Assembly: GCA_002104905.1 (NCBI GenBank)
Contig: MCFE01000618.1
Location: 1 to 52,433 of the forward strand
Direction: 5' to 3'
DNA from: Basidiobolus meristosporus CBS 931.73
Taxonomy: Eukaryota; Fungi; Basidiobolomycota
Length of the DNA stretch: 52,433 bases
Of the stretch, positions 1-10,519 are shown one piece after another (position 1 is the stretch's first letter; each line of letters begins with the position of its first letter). The position numbers and the translations under genes are program-made. A model generated the notes under the pieces. That model ran no database searches. It was given only the letters and a program-made list of their open reading frames with translations, and had not been told where the DNA came from.

Positions 1-852
1 GAGTCAATGCGGGGTGCTCTTGTGAAGGGTGTTGGCATGGTTTGGATTGACGTGCACTGGGAAGCTGAAATTGCATGGGATGGTAAGGAATCCAGCAAGG
101 TGTGCTGGTGCAATCTAGACAATGTTGCTTGCAGTCTGTATTCCTCCTTTTGAAGCTCACCTTCTGATTTCTCAGGGTATTCACTTACCCTCTGTTTAAT
201 ACTTTGCAACTGTTGCAAGGATGAGTCCTGCGTATGTTGCTCTTAGAAGCCACTTAGCTCTACTAATATATCATGTAATACATTAGTCATTTGAGGCAAA
301 AACTCATTCAAAATCTCTTTGCTTCCCCAAGTTGAGGCACAAACAGATGCATCCGGCTTGTACTGTGCAAATTGCGCGCAAAATTGTTCCCATGCAGCTT
401 CCTCATCAAATCCCCTTACTCTCAGCTCATTCTTGATTTCAATACTTGTCTTGTTATATATCTACTTACATACATCTGCTGGCATCTTGATGTAGAACTC
501 ATGCCACAGCTTTCTACTCAGGTTCTTCCATCACTGTTGACTCTCCAAGGTATCTAATTCTGCTAGATTAATGAGTAGTGCCCAAATATCTGTATGATGT
601 CTCATCAAAGACACTTGGGCCATACTGAAATCATTTGGCAAGAACTCAAAAGGATCCAACATTGCCTTTTCTGGTCTGGACCACGCTTGTGAGCTGGGGG
701 ATGGGTTTTGTCTGGGTTGAACTGGAGATGAGTTGAGACTTGGTATAGGGACCATAGTGATGGATTTGGATACTTATACAGTGGTGTATTGGCATCAACC
801 CGGTCTTATATGAAATATATATGAAAACTAATGTGATTGTTGAATTTTCCAT
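1..852 (-). pseudogene. Degenerate ORF of unknown function, probably TE-derived (gag/ORF1-like); continues beyond the window start
   Basis: ORF 531-755(-) reads on in frame through sparse TGA/TAG stops (ESQQ*WKNLSRKLWHEFYIKMPADVCK*IYNKTSIEIKNELRVRGFDEEAAWEQF...QCTSIQTMPTPFTRAP). Its last segment matches 8670-8730 at DNA and peptide level. No recognisable domain. Confidence 0.4.
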
Positions 853-1110
853 ATATTATGCATGATGCATCTTAGATTGCACTGACACAGATCAGATCAC
901 ATCAATTGCAGATTTCGTATTTGACTATAGACTTGTGAGTAAATATCAATAAAAATACCCAGTCATTATTTGAGGATGATTTTGCAACATAATAATGGGA
1001 TACATGGCAATTCATGGAGATTTAATTGTAATGTATGGAAAATCAGATAAATAAAGCTGATTGTGCCAAATTAAATCAAATCATCTTAGCGCAATGCTGC
1101 CAACTTTAAT

Positions 1111-1994
1111 ATGACTTACTCATCTGAATGGTCTTTTCTCATCAATCCCAGCACTACCACTGGATTTCCTTTTGACAAAATAGAGGAGATCTATACCAAG
1201 TACTGTGGTCCATCTACCCCAATCTACTCAAGGAGATCCATTGTTAAGCTTCTGTGCTATTACAAGAACTATTGCCCTACAAGGTTTCATCCCACCATAC
1301 ATGGAAAAAAAGTCCTAGAAGCTTTTATTCTTAGCTGACAGCAATGGAGAACCACCTTGCAGAGGGTATGAATGACTTAGAGCAAGCTTGGAGTACTAGG
1401 CTTAGAAGCACCAATTGACTTCCATATCCCAGAGTGTTCAGCAACAGGTTCCATATAAGGAGTAATTTGGATACCTTCCAAGTCAGGATTAACAGACCTT
1501 GTAGAGGGCAGAGGCCCTTTTATTCTGGCAAGTACAAGGCACACTGTGTGAAGTTTCAAGCACTGTCTGACATTGAGGGTAACATCATCTGGTTTAGTGG
1601 ATCATTTGCTGGAAGTAGGCATGACAAAGCACTCTGGGTAGAGAATCATCCAGAATTCAGTAGAGGGGAGAAATGTAGGGCAGACTTAGCTTATATAGGA
1701 GAGGATTGTCAAGGATTAGGATGTATTACAGCTTATAGGAAGCCTAGGAATGGTGTGCTTAGCAGGAAGCAGAAGCTCTACAATGAGATATTTAATCATT
1801 TCAGAGTGAGGGTCAAGCATACATTTGGATATCTGAAGAGATTCAGTGTATTGGCAGGTAAATACAGAGGAAAGTCATATATAGAAGAAAACAGCAGAAT
1901 CGGTAGAATAGTTAAGATACTTATCAATGCAGAGTATAGTCATACAAGAAGACATCCACTGAGAGAAATGTGTCTGGAGCATTATAAAAAGTGA
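1111..1994 (+). pseudogene. PIF/Harbinger/ISL2EU-like DDE transposase (DDE_Tnp_4 type), inactivated
   Basis: Motifs LDTFQVRINRP, YSGKYKAHCVKFQ, GSRHD, ADLAYIG, YNEIFNHFRVRV(K)HTFGYLK. Frameshift near the A-run at ~1305, in-frame stops at 1332 and 1416, and the catalytic E position reads AAG (1815-1817). Confidence 0.85.
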
Positions 1995-2052
1995 ACAAAG
2001 CAAGGAAAGCACTACTCTGAGTAACATAAGTAAAATTGAGTATAATTACCAT

Positions 2053-2788
2053 TAGACTTGTTCCGTTGGATAGTGCCACATTGAGCCATGAGTGCCAAAT
2101 GATGCCATAGTGTGCCAGAGAGGCCAATTGAGCCTCTACCTGGCCACAGAGTGTGAAACATAGCTCCACATCTTCATGCAAAGCAGCCCCTGTGTTTCAC
2201 CCATTGTGTTGGAGAAAATCCATTTTTTGAGCTTTTTTTGTGAATCAATGTAGCTCAGGATGTGTAAGAGCACAGGAGAACTGAAGATATGTATCTGGTA
2301 CTCAATACCCATGGCACTCTGAATCTAGCTCCTGTAGCTTGTATCATGTCACAAAAATGAATGGCACTATCTTGGTCCACTGGTACTATCTGGCACTATA
2401 TTTAAATATTAGCCCTAAAGTAAGATCTATACAAAGCACTTATAGTGCCAGATAGTGCCAGTGGACCAAGATAGTGCCATTCATTTTTGTGACATGATAC
2501 AAGCTACAGGAGCTAGATTCAGAGTGCCATGGGTATTGAGTACCAGATGCATATCTTCAGTTCTCCTGTGCTCGTACACATCCTGAGCTACATTGATTCA
2601 TAAAAAAAGGTCAAAAAATGGATTTTCTCCAAAACAATGGGTGAAACACAGGGGATGCTTTACATGAAGATGCAGAGCTATGTTTCACACTCTGTGGCCA
2701 AGTATAGGCTCAATTGACCTCTCTGGCACACTATGGCATCATTTGGCACTCATGGCTCAATGTGGCACTATCCAACGGAACAAGTCTA
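2053..2788. repeat. Long inverted repeat (foldback/MITE-like): 348-bp arms 2053-2400 and 2441-2788, 40-bp spacer
   Basis: Manual alignment of the arms: ungapped, 13 mismatches in 348 bp (~96%). The arms carry repeated ATAGTGCCA/TGGCACTAT motifs. Confidence 0.97.
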
Positions 2789-2824
2789 TTATCTATAACC
2801 TATCACTGGCATGATGGTAGAAAT

Positions 2825-2905
2825 TATAGTGCCAGATAGTGCCAGATCAATCCGGCACAATAAACAGGCTGGCACCATGTGACACTATCCAACAGAACAA
2901 GTCTA
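2825..2905 (+). repeat. Internally deleted mini-copy of the foldback arm
   Basis: Begins TATAGTGCCAGATAGTGCCAG like 2441 and ends GACACTATCCAACAGAACAAGTCTA like 2764-2788. Confidence 0.85.
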
Positions 2906-3651
2906 TTAGCCCACTCATCATTATTGCCCTCAATGGATTCATGGATCTTCAATGTCATTTGATTTTTAGGCTCAGGTATAAACACCACATTGTCTCCCTC
3001 TCATATTTTGATAGCTTTTTCTGTGAGCTTTGTCTTTGGGCCCTGTTGTGCTTCAAAGACTGCATGGTGCTCCTCTGTTGTTATATTGGGAGATGACTCA
3101 GTTCTTGGCTGTGACATTGAGCTACTTGAGTACCTTCTTTGCAGCAAAGATACTGCTTTCTCTGCCTGGGATATTGATTGCACTACATGTATTATCCACT
3201 CATCCTGCTTCTGGACTATTTCCTGATTTCTCTGGGCCATTGCATCTATCCTATCAGCCACTGCACATAGTTGCTTCATTAATGCTTTGGTATGAGCTGA
3301 CAGCATACTTGCTAATATGGGTGGTGGCAATGTTATTATGGCCACTTGCTGGTCTTCAACTGAGGGCACTGCATCAGCCAAGTTCTCATCTGCCTGAGCA
3401 TATCAGTCAGCTTGTGGCTTTGCCAAGGTTCTCAATTGCCTACTTGACTGGGAGCCTGAGGAGTCCACATTATTACCTTCAATGGCCACACTGTACACAG
3501 GGCCTTTTTTGGATGTAGCCCTGCTTGTTGCACTGAAAGTCAAAGCAAGCTGTTGTCCAACTGTTCTTCTGTTGCCATCAGTGGTGAGGCTTGGTTGGGA
3601 ACCAGACAACTTTACTTTATTTTTGGCGGCAAATATATGGAAGTGAGTCAA
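2901..3651 (-). pseudogene. CACTA ORF2 (unknown, coiled-coil-rich), C-terminally truncated
   Basis: ORFs 3403-3651 and 3001-3381 are in one frame, separated by single stops; homologous to 5967-6764(-) and 47654-48604(+). Confidence 0.7.
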
Positions 3652-3854
3652 ACCAAAGTGGAAATAGTGTTACATATATGTGTGTATGTGGTGCCACAAC
3701 CGTACTGATAATGCTTATTATGGCAGGTCATCATTGAATCATACATTCACGTAGGTGCAATGTCTCAAATACAAGACTGTCTTAAGTTCACATGAGTATT
3801 GACCAAAAAGTGATATAATAGCATTACATTGTTGAAGGTCAAGCTGTTTGCCCC

Positions 3855-5782
3855 ATGGACAAGACTACTTTGTCTCAGTGCCATAAGAGAAGAGAAAGAA
3901 GACCATGTGGCTATTATGGCAAGCCTCTCAGCCATGAAGCATGCAGACAGCATAGTAAGTATTATAAGGATCACGGCCAGTGTTTTGCCACCCAAGTCAT
4001 ATTTTACCATTCATTGGTCAATATTGTACCAACATTTTCTTGCCAGCCAGTTGATACTTCTCTATTGGCACCTAGCCATCTTTGTCACCTTGCACAAACT
4101 TAGTCAGGTGAGTCTGTGACACCTTAAGGCTCATCTCAGCCCTCTGAATATGGCATGCAGAGTGATAGCTTTGATGAAGAAGGTTCACTGATGGATTTTG
4201 AGCCTATCTCTGCTAGCAACAGTACCACATATGAGCCCATTCAAATCCTTATATGCAATGAGTCAACACCTGTTGAAACAAATACCAAGGGTACTTTATG
4301 GAGCCAGGTGAGCCCAGTAATCCATCTACTGGTGAATGGTGTAATGTTGTGGCTAGAGAAGTGGCATGTTTCCACTAATATCAGTAATGGGGGCTTTGAG
4401 GATTTATTACTACTTCTTGCCAAAATTGTACCAGGATGCAACTTACCATGTACATAGCACAAGTGGACAACTGTCATGCAGCTGGCAACATATGATCCAG
4501 ACCATTGCAACATGTCCAAGTTGTCTTGTATCCCCTTCCATTGAGGGAAAACATTGTTCACACTCCAGATATATCCCAGTCATATCTTGGCTGAGGAAGC
4601 TGATGCAGTCCAACAAATACTGCAAAGCTATACAGTACCGCACTCAGTATGAATCAAGTGCAAACATATCCAATATATTCAGTGGCAAACATTAAAAACA
4701 GCTAAGAAGCAAGGGCTACTTTGAAGGTATGTATGACCAAGCCTTTCCTTTGGCACCTGATGAATTCTCATTAAACAAGTACTCTACCAGCAAATCCTGC
4801 TGGCCACTGATTCTCATCAATCTTAATCTGCTGCCCATCTTATGGTATCAGAGCAATAATCTGATGGTGGTCTCACTGGTATCTAGGCCTAAATCACTGT
4901 CCAACCTGGATAGCTACCTGTATCCATTGCTGGATGAACTTTGTATGCTTTCCAGCAGGAAAAAGTAAGTGGCCATCATGTAAAAGCACATATTATTATC
5001 TGCATTGGGATAGCCCAGCCATCAGCAAGATAGCAGGTTTTACCAGGCACACTGGATGGTATTGTGGTTGGATGTGTGAGATCCAGGGGATTTACTCCAT
5101 AACTCACACACATTATTATTACCCAAACACCAGCACTAAGAACATCATCTTTCCACAGATAGAACATACAGAAGTTAGCATGCAGTTGCAGCAAAGTTGG
5201 CAAGCTATAAGCCATTGGCCAGAATATGGAGTTAATTGGAAACCAGATATACTTAAGATAGAGAGTATCTGTTGGAGCAAAAGCTTTCCACTGGGAGCAA
5301 TGCATTTGCTTTTCAAAAATAACCCTATACTGATGACCAAGTTGTACATGGGGCATTTCAAGCTAAATGAGCCCTTCAAGATACTAGAGAAATGTGAAAG
5401 AATTGGCAAGATATTAAAGAGTATCTGCTACCTTAAGTACTTCTCATGGGCTTAAATTAATATTCATACACATATGCAACAATACAAATGCAAAGACTGG
5501 ATGAACTGGATGTGTACTTATTTAAGTGGTGTTCTGAAGCCATTCCTACAAATGGTACATTGGAAGCATTGGAAGTCATATGTGGACATAGTAGGAATAT
5601 TTATCCAGAAGCAGATCACCAATGCCAACTTGATGCATTCACAGCTGTTGTGTGAAGAGTTTGTGACAGGATTTGAGCAGCTCTACTACAAGCATAAAGC
5701 TGAACATGCAGATCTGTGCCTCTACTGTATCCATTCTCTACTCCATCTTGCACAGTGTGTGGAGAATATTGGGCACCAATAA
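3855..5782 (+). pseudogene. CACTA transposase (Transposase_21/Tnp2 + DUF4218-like region)
   Basis: Fragments NISNIFSGKH(Y)KQL, LAPDEF..SCWPLILINLNL.P, NLDSYLYPLLDEL, WDSPAISKIAGF..H.G..C..C.I.G.Y, CKDWMNW, CEEFVTGFEQLYY, LYCIHSLLHLAQCV; multiple stops and frameshifts. Confidence 0.9.
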
Positions 5783-5966
5783 AATATTGTTGAGTTTTAT
5801 CCCTTTATTTGGTTGTAAAATTAGCAAAACACTGTCATGCTCCTCTCAAAAGATTGTCAGGAGGGTCACTAATTCCAGCTGCTGGTATCTTGATGATCTC
5901 TATATGGGATTCTGATGGCTGGTCTTGATTGGATCCACCCATGGGACCAAATTATTTTTCATAGGG

Positions 5967-7410
5967 TACTTTCTTAGCATACTAATGGTGGCTCAAAACC
6001 CATTTGCTTACTTGAATCCATGATAGTGCTTATGAAACAGGTCAAGCACATTCTGCTAGGCCTTGAGTTCCTAAAGGTCCCATGATATGCTGGCCTTGAG
6101 GTGATACCATGCTAGATTTTTAATGGTCTTGTGAATATTAGCTAACCCTGAATTATTGCAACCAATGGCTTCACCAATCATGAATATTTTTCAATCTTTA
6201 GGCTTGAGTATAAGCACTACAGTCTCTCCCTCCCATGCCGCAATAGGTTTTTCTGTAGGCTTTATCTTTGGGCATTGTTATTGTACTTCAAGGGCTGTAG
6301 GGTTTTCCTCTGATGTTACATCAGAAAATGGCTCAATTCTTGGTTGTGACATTAAGCTACTTGACTTCCTTCTTTGCAGCAAACATACTGCATTCTCTAC
6401 CTGCAATATTTATAGCTCTACTTGTGTTATCTGCTTTTCCTGATTCTGGAATATTTCCCAATTTCACTGGGCCATTGCATCTATCCTGTAAGAAACTGCA
6501 CCTAATTGCATCATCAATGCTTTAGTGTGAACTAACAACATGCTTGCTAATACAGGGGGTGGTGATGTTATGACAGCTATTTACTAGTCTTCAACCAAAA
6601 GTACTGTGTTTATTATATTTGCATCTGCCTGAGAACAAAGTTTCTCATTTACCTACTTGACCAAGAGCTTGAGGAGTCCGCAGTATTACCTTCAGTATAC
6701 ATACTGTCAGCATGACCTTTTTTGGATATAGCCCTGCTTGTTGCACTGAATGTCGAACCAAGCTCCCTAAGAAAAAAAATTAAGAAAAGCCCAGCAAATT
6801 ACCATCATAATATCAGCTGAGCTAACTATCAATATCTCTGCTACTAGCTGATGGGCAGGCAAGCAAGCCAATTCTTCAGGAGAGGACCAGGCCAGCTAGT
6901 ATCCATGACAAATTTGGTAATTAGTTGCCCATTACTTCAATCAAAAATTGCAATTGAAATTTGATCCATAAACACCAGCTGAATATCAGCAAAATACTAT
7001 CAGAATACCAGCAGAGTACCAGCTGAAAGTCAGATGAATTACAAGTTAGAGACTGTTCATGGGGCCATTATCCAACTATTCTTTGACTGCTGTCAACAGT
7101 GGGGTGTGGTTGGGAGCCAGGCAACCTGGCTTTATTGTTTGGCAGCATGTATATGGAAGTGATTTACACCAAAGGGGAAATAGTGTCACCAGCATGTGTG
7201 TTATTGGTGCCACAGCTTTATTTATAATGCTTACTATAGTACGTCATGATTAAATCTTACATTGATGTAGGTACAATGTTAAAAACACAAGACTCTTTTA
7301 CATTCACATGAGTGCTGACAAAAAAGTGATAAATAACTTTACAGTATTGAGTGTTAAGCTGTTTGCCCAATGGAGAAGACTATTTTAAATTAATGCAGGA
7401 AGAGAAGAGA
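5967..7410. mobile_element. CACTA fragment (ORF2 relic on - at 5967-6764; ORF2-transposase intergenic/transposase start at 7065-7410)
   Basis: Collinear homology with 2901-3900 and 47450-48580, interrupted by the insertion at 6765-7064. Confidence 0.8.
6765..7064. mobile_element. Non-autonomous CACTA derivative (MITE, 300 bp)
   Basis: Left end CCCTAAGAAAAAAAATT; right end reverse complement CCCCATGAACAG. Removing it restores the host CAAGCT-ATTATCCAAC (cf. 3547-3562). Candidate 2-bp TSD CT/CC. Internal CCAGCTGA-like repeats. Confidence 0.7.
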
Positions 7411-7859
7411 AAACAAAAATATGGCTGATAGACTTGTTCCACTGTACCTTGCCAGAGCATGTGGTGCAATGCTTGGCTGTCAAGAACAATCCAGTGCAAT
7501 TCTGTAGCTACCAGTACGCAGAATTGCTCTTAGACAATTTTGCACTTTGTGGGACAGTTATGCACACTAGGGCACAATCTGACATAATGAGGCTGGCATG
7601 GATGTTTGCACAAGCTTGCATGGTCTGTATCATGCAGGCAACTGGATACCACTATTATAGTAGATAATATCTGGTATTTGGATATGTTTCTTTGATGAAA
7701 ATGGAAAAAAATGCACATAACACCAAGTACAACACTGATACTTACCATTTTGGTTACTTTCACTCCTAATGGTCAGTAAATCAGTAATTGATTGATCCAA
7801 AAGTACCCTGAAGTAGTGAGCCCCCAATTGGTTCATTGACCAATACATAAGCTACCTGA

Positions 7860-8750
7860 TTTGCCATCAAATATACATATTGCCCTTTGAGCAAGTAAAT
7901 CCCTGATTTTTGTAATTGGACTAGATGTTGTAGCTGGCACACAACCAATCATGTAGGTGCAACACAGATCAAATAGCTGCACTTCTGTGACAGATAATTT
8001 ATAAGTTTGCAGGGCTTTTACACACAGGGGTTCTGTCCCAAATATGAGACAACCTTGATATTACTTATATCAAAGGCTTATTGGTCAATGGTTTGCAATA
8101 GCTCTTTGAGTTGAAAAAAAATGCGTTATTTGGATCATGACAAATGCTGGCAATTTAATGCAATAGCATCAACTTCTCCTAGGTTTTTTCTCACTGGGTT
8201 TACTACTGAAGCATATGGTAGTAATTCACTTTACACACCTAAACTACTTTCATGTTGACAATTGTCTTGGCTATTTGTGTACTTGTAGCCTTTATTTTGC
8301 CTTCTAGTCAATGGGTGCAGTGCTGGAGCATGGCCATGCTGAGTCACTGTAGATGATGTTATGGAACCAGTCTGAAGTGCCATGTGCTGAGGCATTCTTT
8401 TACTTACCAACAGCTCTTATAGTGGAGGCAGGTCATGTGGGTCATTGTCAGTAAGTTCATCACAAGTAACTTGCTGATGGTCAGGAGTAAAAGCCTGTGC
8501 AGGCCCAACTTGATGTGATGGCATGACCCTTTGCTGAGTTAGATGTGATGCTACTTGTTGATGCAACTTGGCCCACTCTAATGGACTAGTGTTTAACTGA
8601 GCACATTGGCAAGTTCCAATAGTTTTGCTCTGAGCCACATATGTTGACCCATTCTGCATCAACCTAGTGCATGGCACTCTTGTGAAGGGTGTTGGTGCAG
8701 ACTGAACTGGTGTGCACTGTGTGGGTTATTATTGACTGTACTTGGTAAGT
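7860..8750 (-). pseudogene. Degenerate unknown ORF related to 1-852
   Basis: PTQCTPVQSAPTPFTRVP (8670-8730) vs ASQCTSIQTMPTPFTRAP (10-65); the rest is fragmentary. Confidence 0.3.
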
Positions 8751-10519
8751 GGGAGAGCTTGTAGATCAAGTCAGTACCACTTGGTTAAGAATTGCTTCCA
8801 ATAGAAGTTAGCAAGGTAATAAAGACTTGTGTTTATTCCATCCAAATCTTGCTGTTCTCTCACTTGGTTCAATTGGATATTTATATATCACTTGGTGGGG
8901 CTTAGATAATAGACAATGTGTTATAAAATAGGGGTGTGAGCACCTTCCTGTTATGGTAAGTGTTCTAACTAGATAAGGGCAGGAATAGGAGGGAGGATGT
9001 GTGGGAGAATCATATGGAGAATACAGGGGGACTTTGGGTAAGACTCTGGGGGGAACTCTTGAGTGAAGTGTGGGTACTACATTTGGTACTTGCATATCCC
9101 AGGGGTCAAGAGGGAGCTTTGTCCTTGAAGTTCTTTGACTAACTTGCTTCTCCAGGGTCAATTTTGTTTACAGTGCTTGGGGAGTCACCATAGTACCATT
9201 GCTGGTTGTCACTTACAAGGGGGTTGCAGGCAAGTACCTGATACCATTTGGCAGCAGAGTGGGGTGCATCTTGCATTGCTTGAGGGATGTTTTCCACAGA
9301 GCCAACCTATTGGCAAAGCATAGGGCTCTGGGTAAGCTCCTTGGGAAGGTTGGTGAACAAGAAGAGATGCAATAATGTGATAGAGTCTTGCTTCTTTATC
9401 ATGCAAATATTGTTGGTGCTTGTCCTTGCTGTGTTCAAAATGACGGTGGGGGCTCTTTTGAAGAGGGTGTATACTTGGTTGGCAGTCACCTGTTGTCAAT
9501 AACAAGTTTTTGCTTCTTCCCAGATGTATTGGAGTTGTTTTGTAGAGACTGTGGCAGAATCAAGGTACTTTTACACTCACCTCATGGTTTCTGCAGAGTC
9601 TGCAGCAGTTTCTTTGGCTTCTTGAAGTTGGACTTTTTACTGGATCCTGGGTTGTCCTATGGTAAGCCACTATAATAGTTGTAACATAGCAACTTGGTGG
9701 ATTGCATGGGTCAGCTGGCCAGTGTATTGAATCTGTTTGTGTATCTGCTCTAGGATGGATCCTTCTTGAAAATGCAGTTTGAGATATTTGCTAATTTCTT
9801 GGAGAAGTCCTTCAACCAGGAGTTCTACTTATGGTGCTCTTGCAGCTTGTACCAGGTCTACATACACCTCCACAACTGTGGTACCTACTAATGGCAAGTA
9901 TGCAAAAAAACAGGGGGGCCCTTAAGGCCTTGTGAGGGTGTAACTGTTGATTCCTTGTGTCTTCTGTCTGACTGTGTCCAGTATGGATACAGGAATCAGT
10001 GCAGCATCCCTCTCCTTGATGATCAAGGAACCTCCTCTCAAGTGATACATGGTCTTCTTGGGTGGTATCCCTATATTTTGTATTGGTGTGGGTAACATGT
10101 CTTGTCCCTCTCAAATTGTGTCTTGCATCAACATGACTGCTCTGGCAAACAACTCTTCATAGGTGGTCTTGTTGCACATAATGCTTGTTCCATATCTCTC
10201 CACACTTGCTGGTTGGTCTTGTTTTTGATATCATCATGATTCTGGCTTGTGGGAGAGGTATCACCAATTTCAAGTGAACTGTTTCCTTTGGTGCTTTCCA
10301 TATGCATTCTTTTGTTCTCCCTTTTGGCCAAACTTCCGTGTGCATATTATTTGTACCTATATCAACTAAAATCTCCTCAAGTAAACTTTGTATGTGTCTT
10401 GTGTCTTCCTCTATCCTTGTCCTGATAATTGTTTAATCACACTTTGGTTTCAGTAAGGATTGGTGGATCATCATGAAACAGTTTCAGATGGGCTGGTGCT
10501 GCATTGCTGATTTTTGTAT

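Larger units (their letters stand above)
2901..5966 (+). mobile_element. CACTA/EnSpm-like DNA transposon, copy 1 (left-truncated, ~1-kb internal deletion in the transposase 3' half)
   Basis: Carries a Tnp2-type transposase (+) and a divergent ORF2 (-). The right terminus TTTTTCATAGGG (5955-5966) equals the reverse complement of the terminus at 38273, with different flanks beyond it. Confidence 0.85.

Noticed and set aside
928-937. TAGACTTGT as the definite 5' TIR of the Harbinger-like element
   Set aside because: Only 9-10 bp match, and the host flanks are not continuous across 928/2905; kept only as a hypothesis in the foldback finding.
2053-2905. Recurrent GGCACTAT motifs as a CRISPR-like array
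   Set aside because: The repeats are only 7-10 bp, irregularly spaced and in both orientations; there are no unique spacers or cas genes, and the context is eukaryotic.
4955-4975. GTAAGT as a splice donor in the CACTA transposase
   Set aside because: Copy 2 reads through the equivalent region as conserved coding sequence (HVKAHIIICIGDTPA), so this is a frameshift, not an intron.
8750-9220. LTR of gypsy C (TATA-like GATATATAAATA and AATAAA on -)
   Set aside because: I found no partner LTR, convincing PPT, matching TG/CA pair or TSD, so it is left unannotated.
9209-10432. Firm env annotation for the extra ORF
   Set aside because: No clear signal peptide, furin/fusion motif or full transmembrane helix is visible; reported as unknown only.
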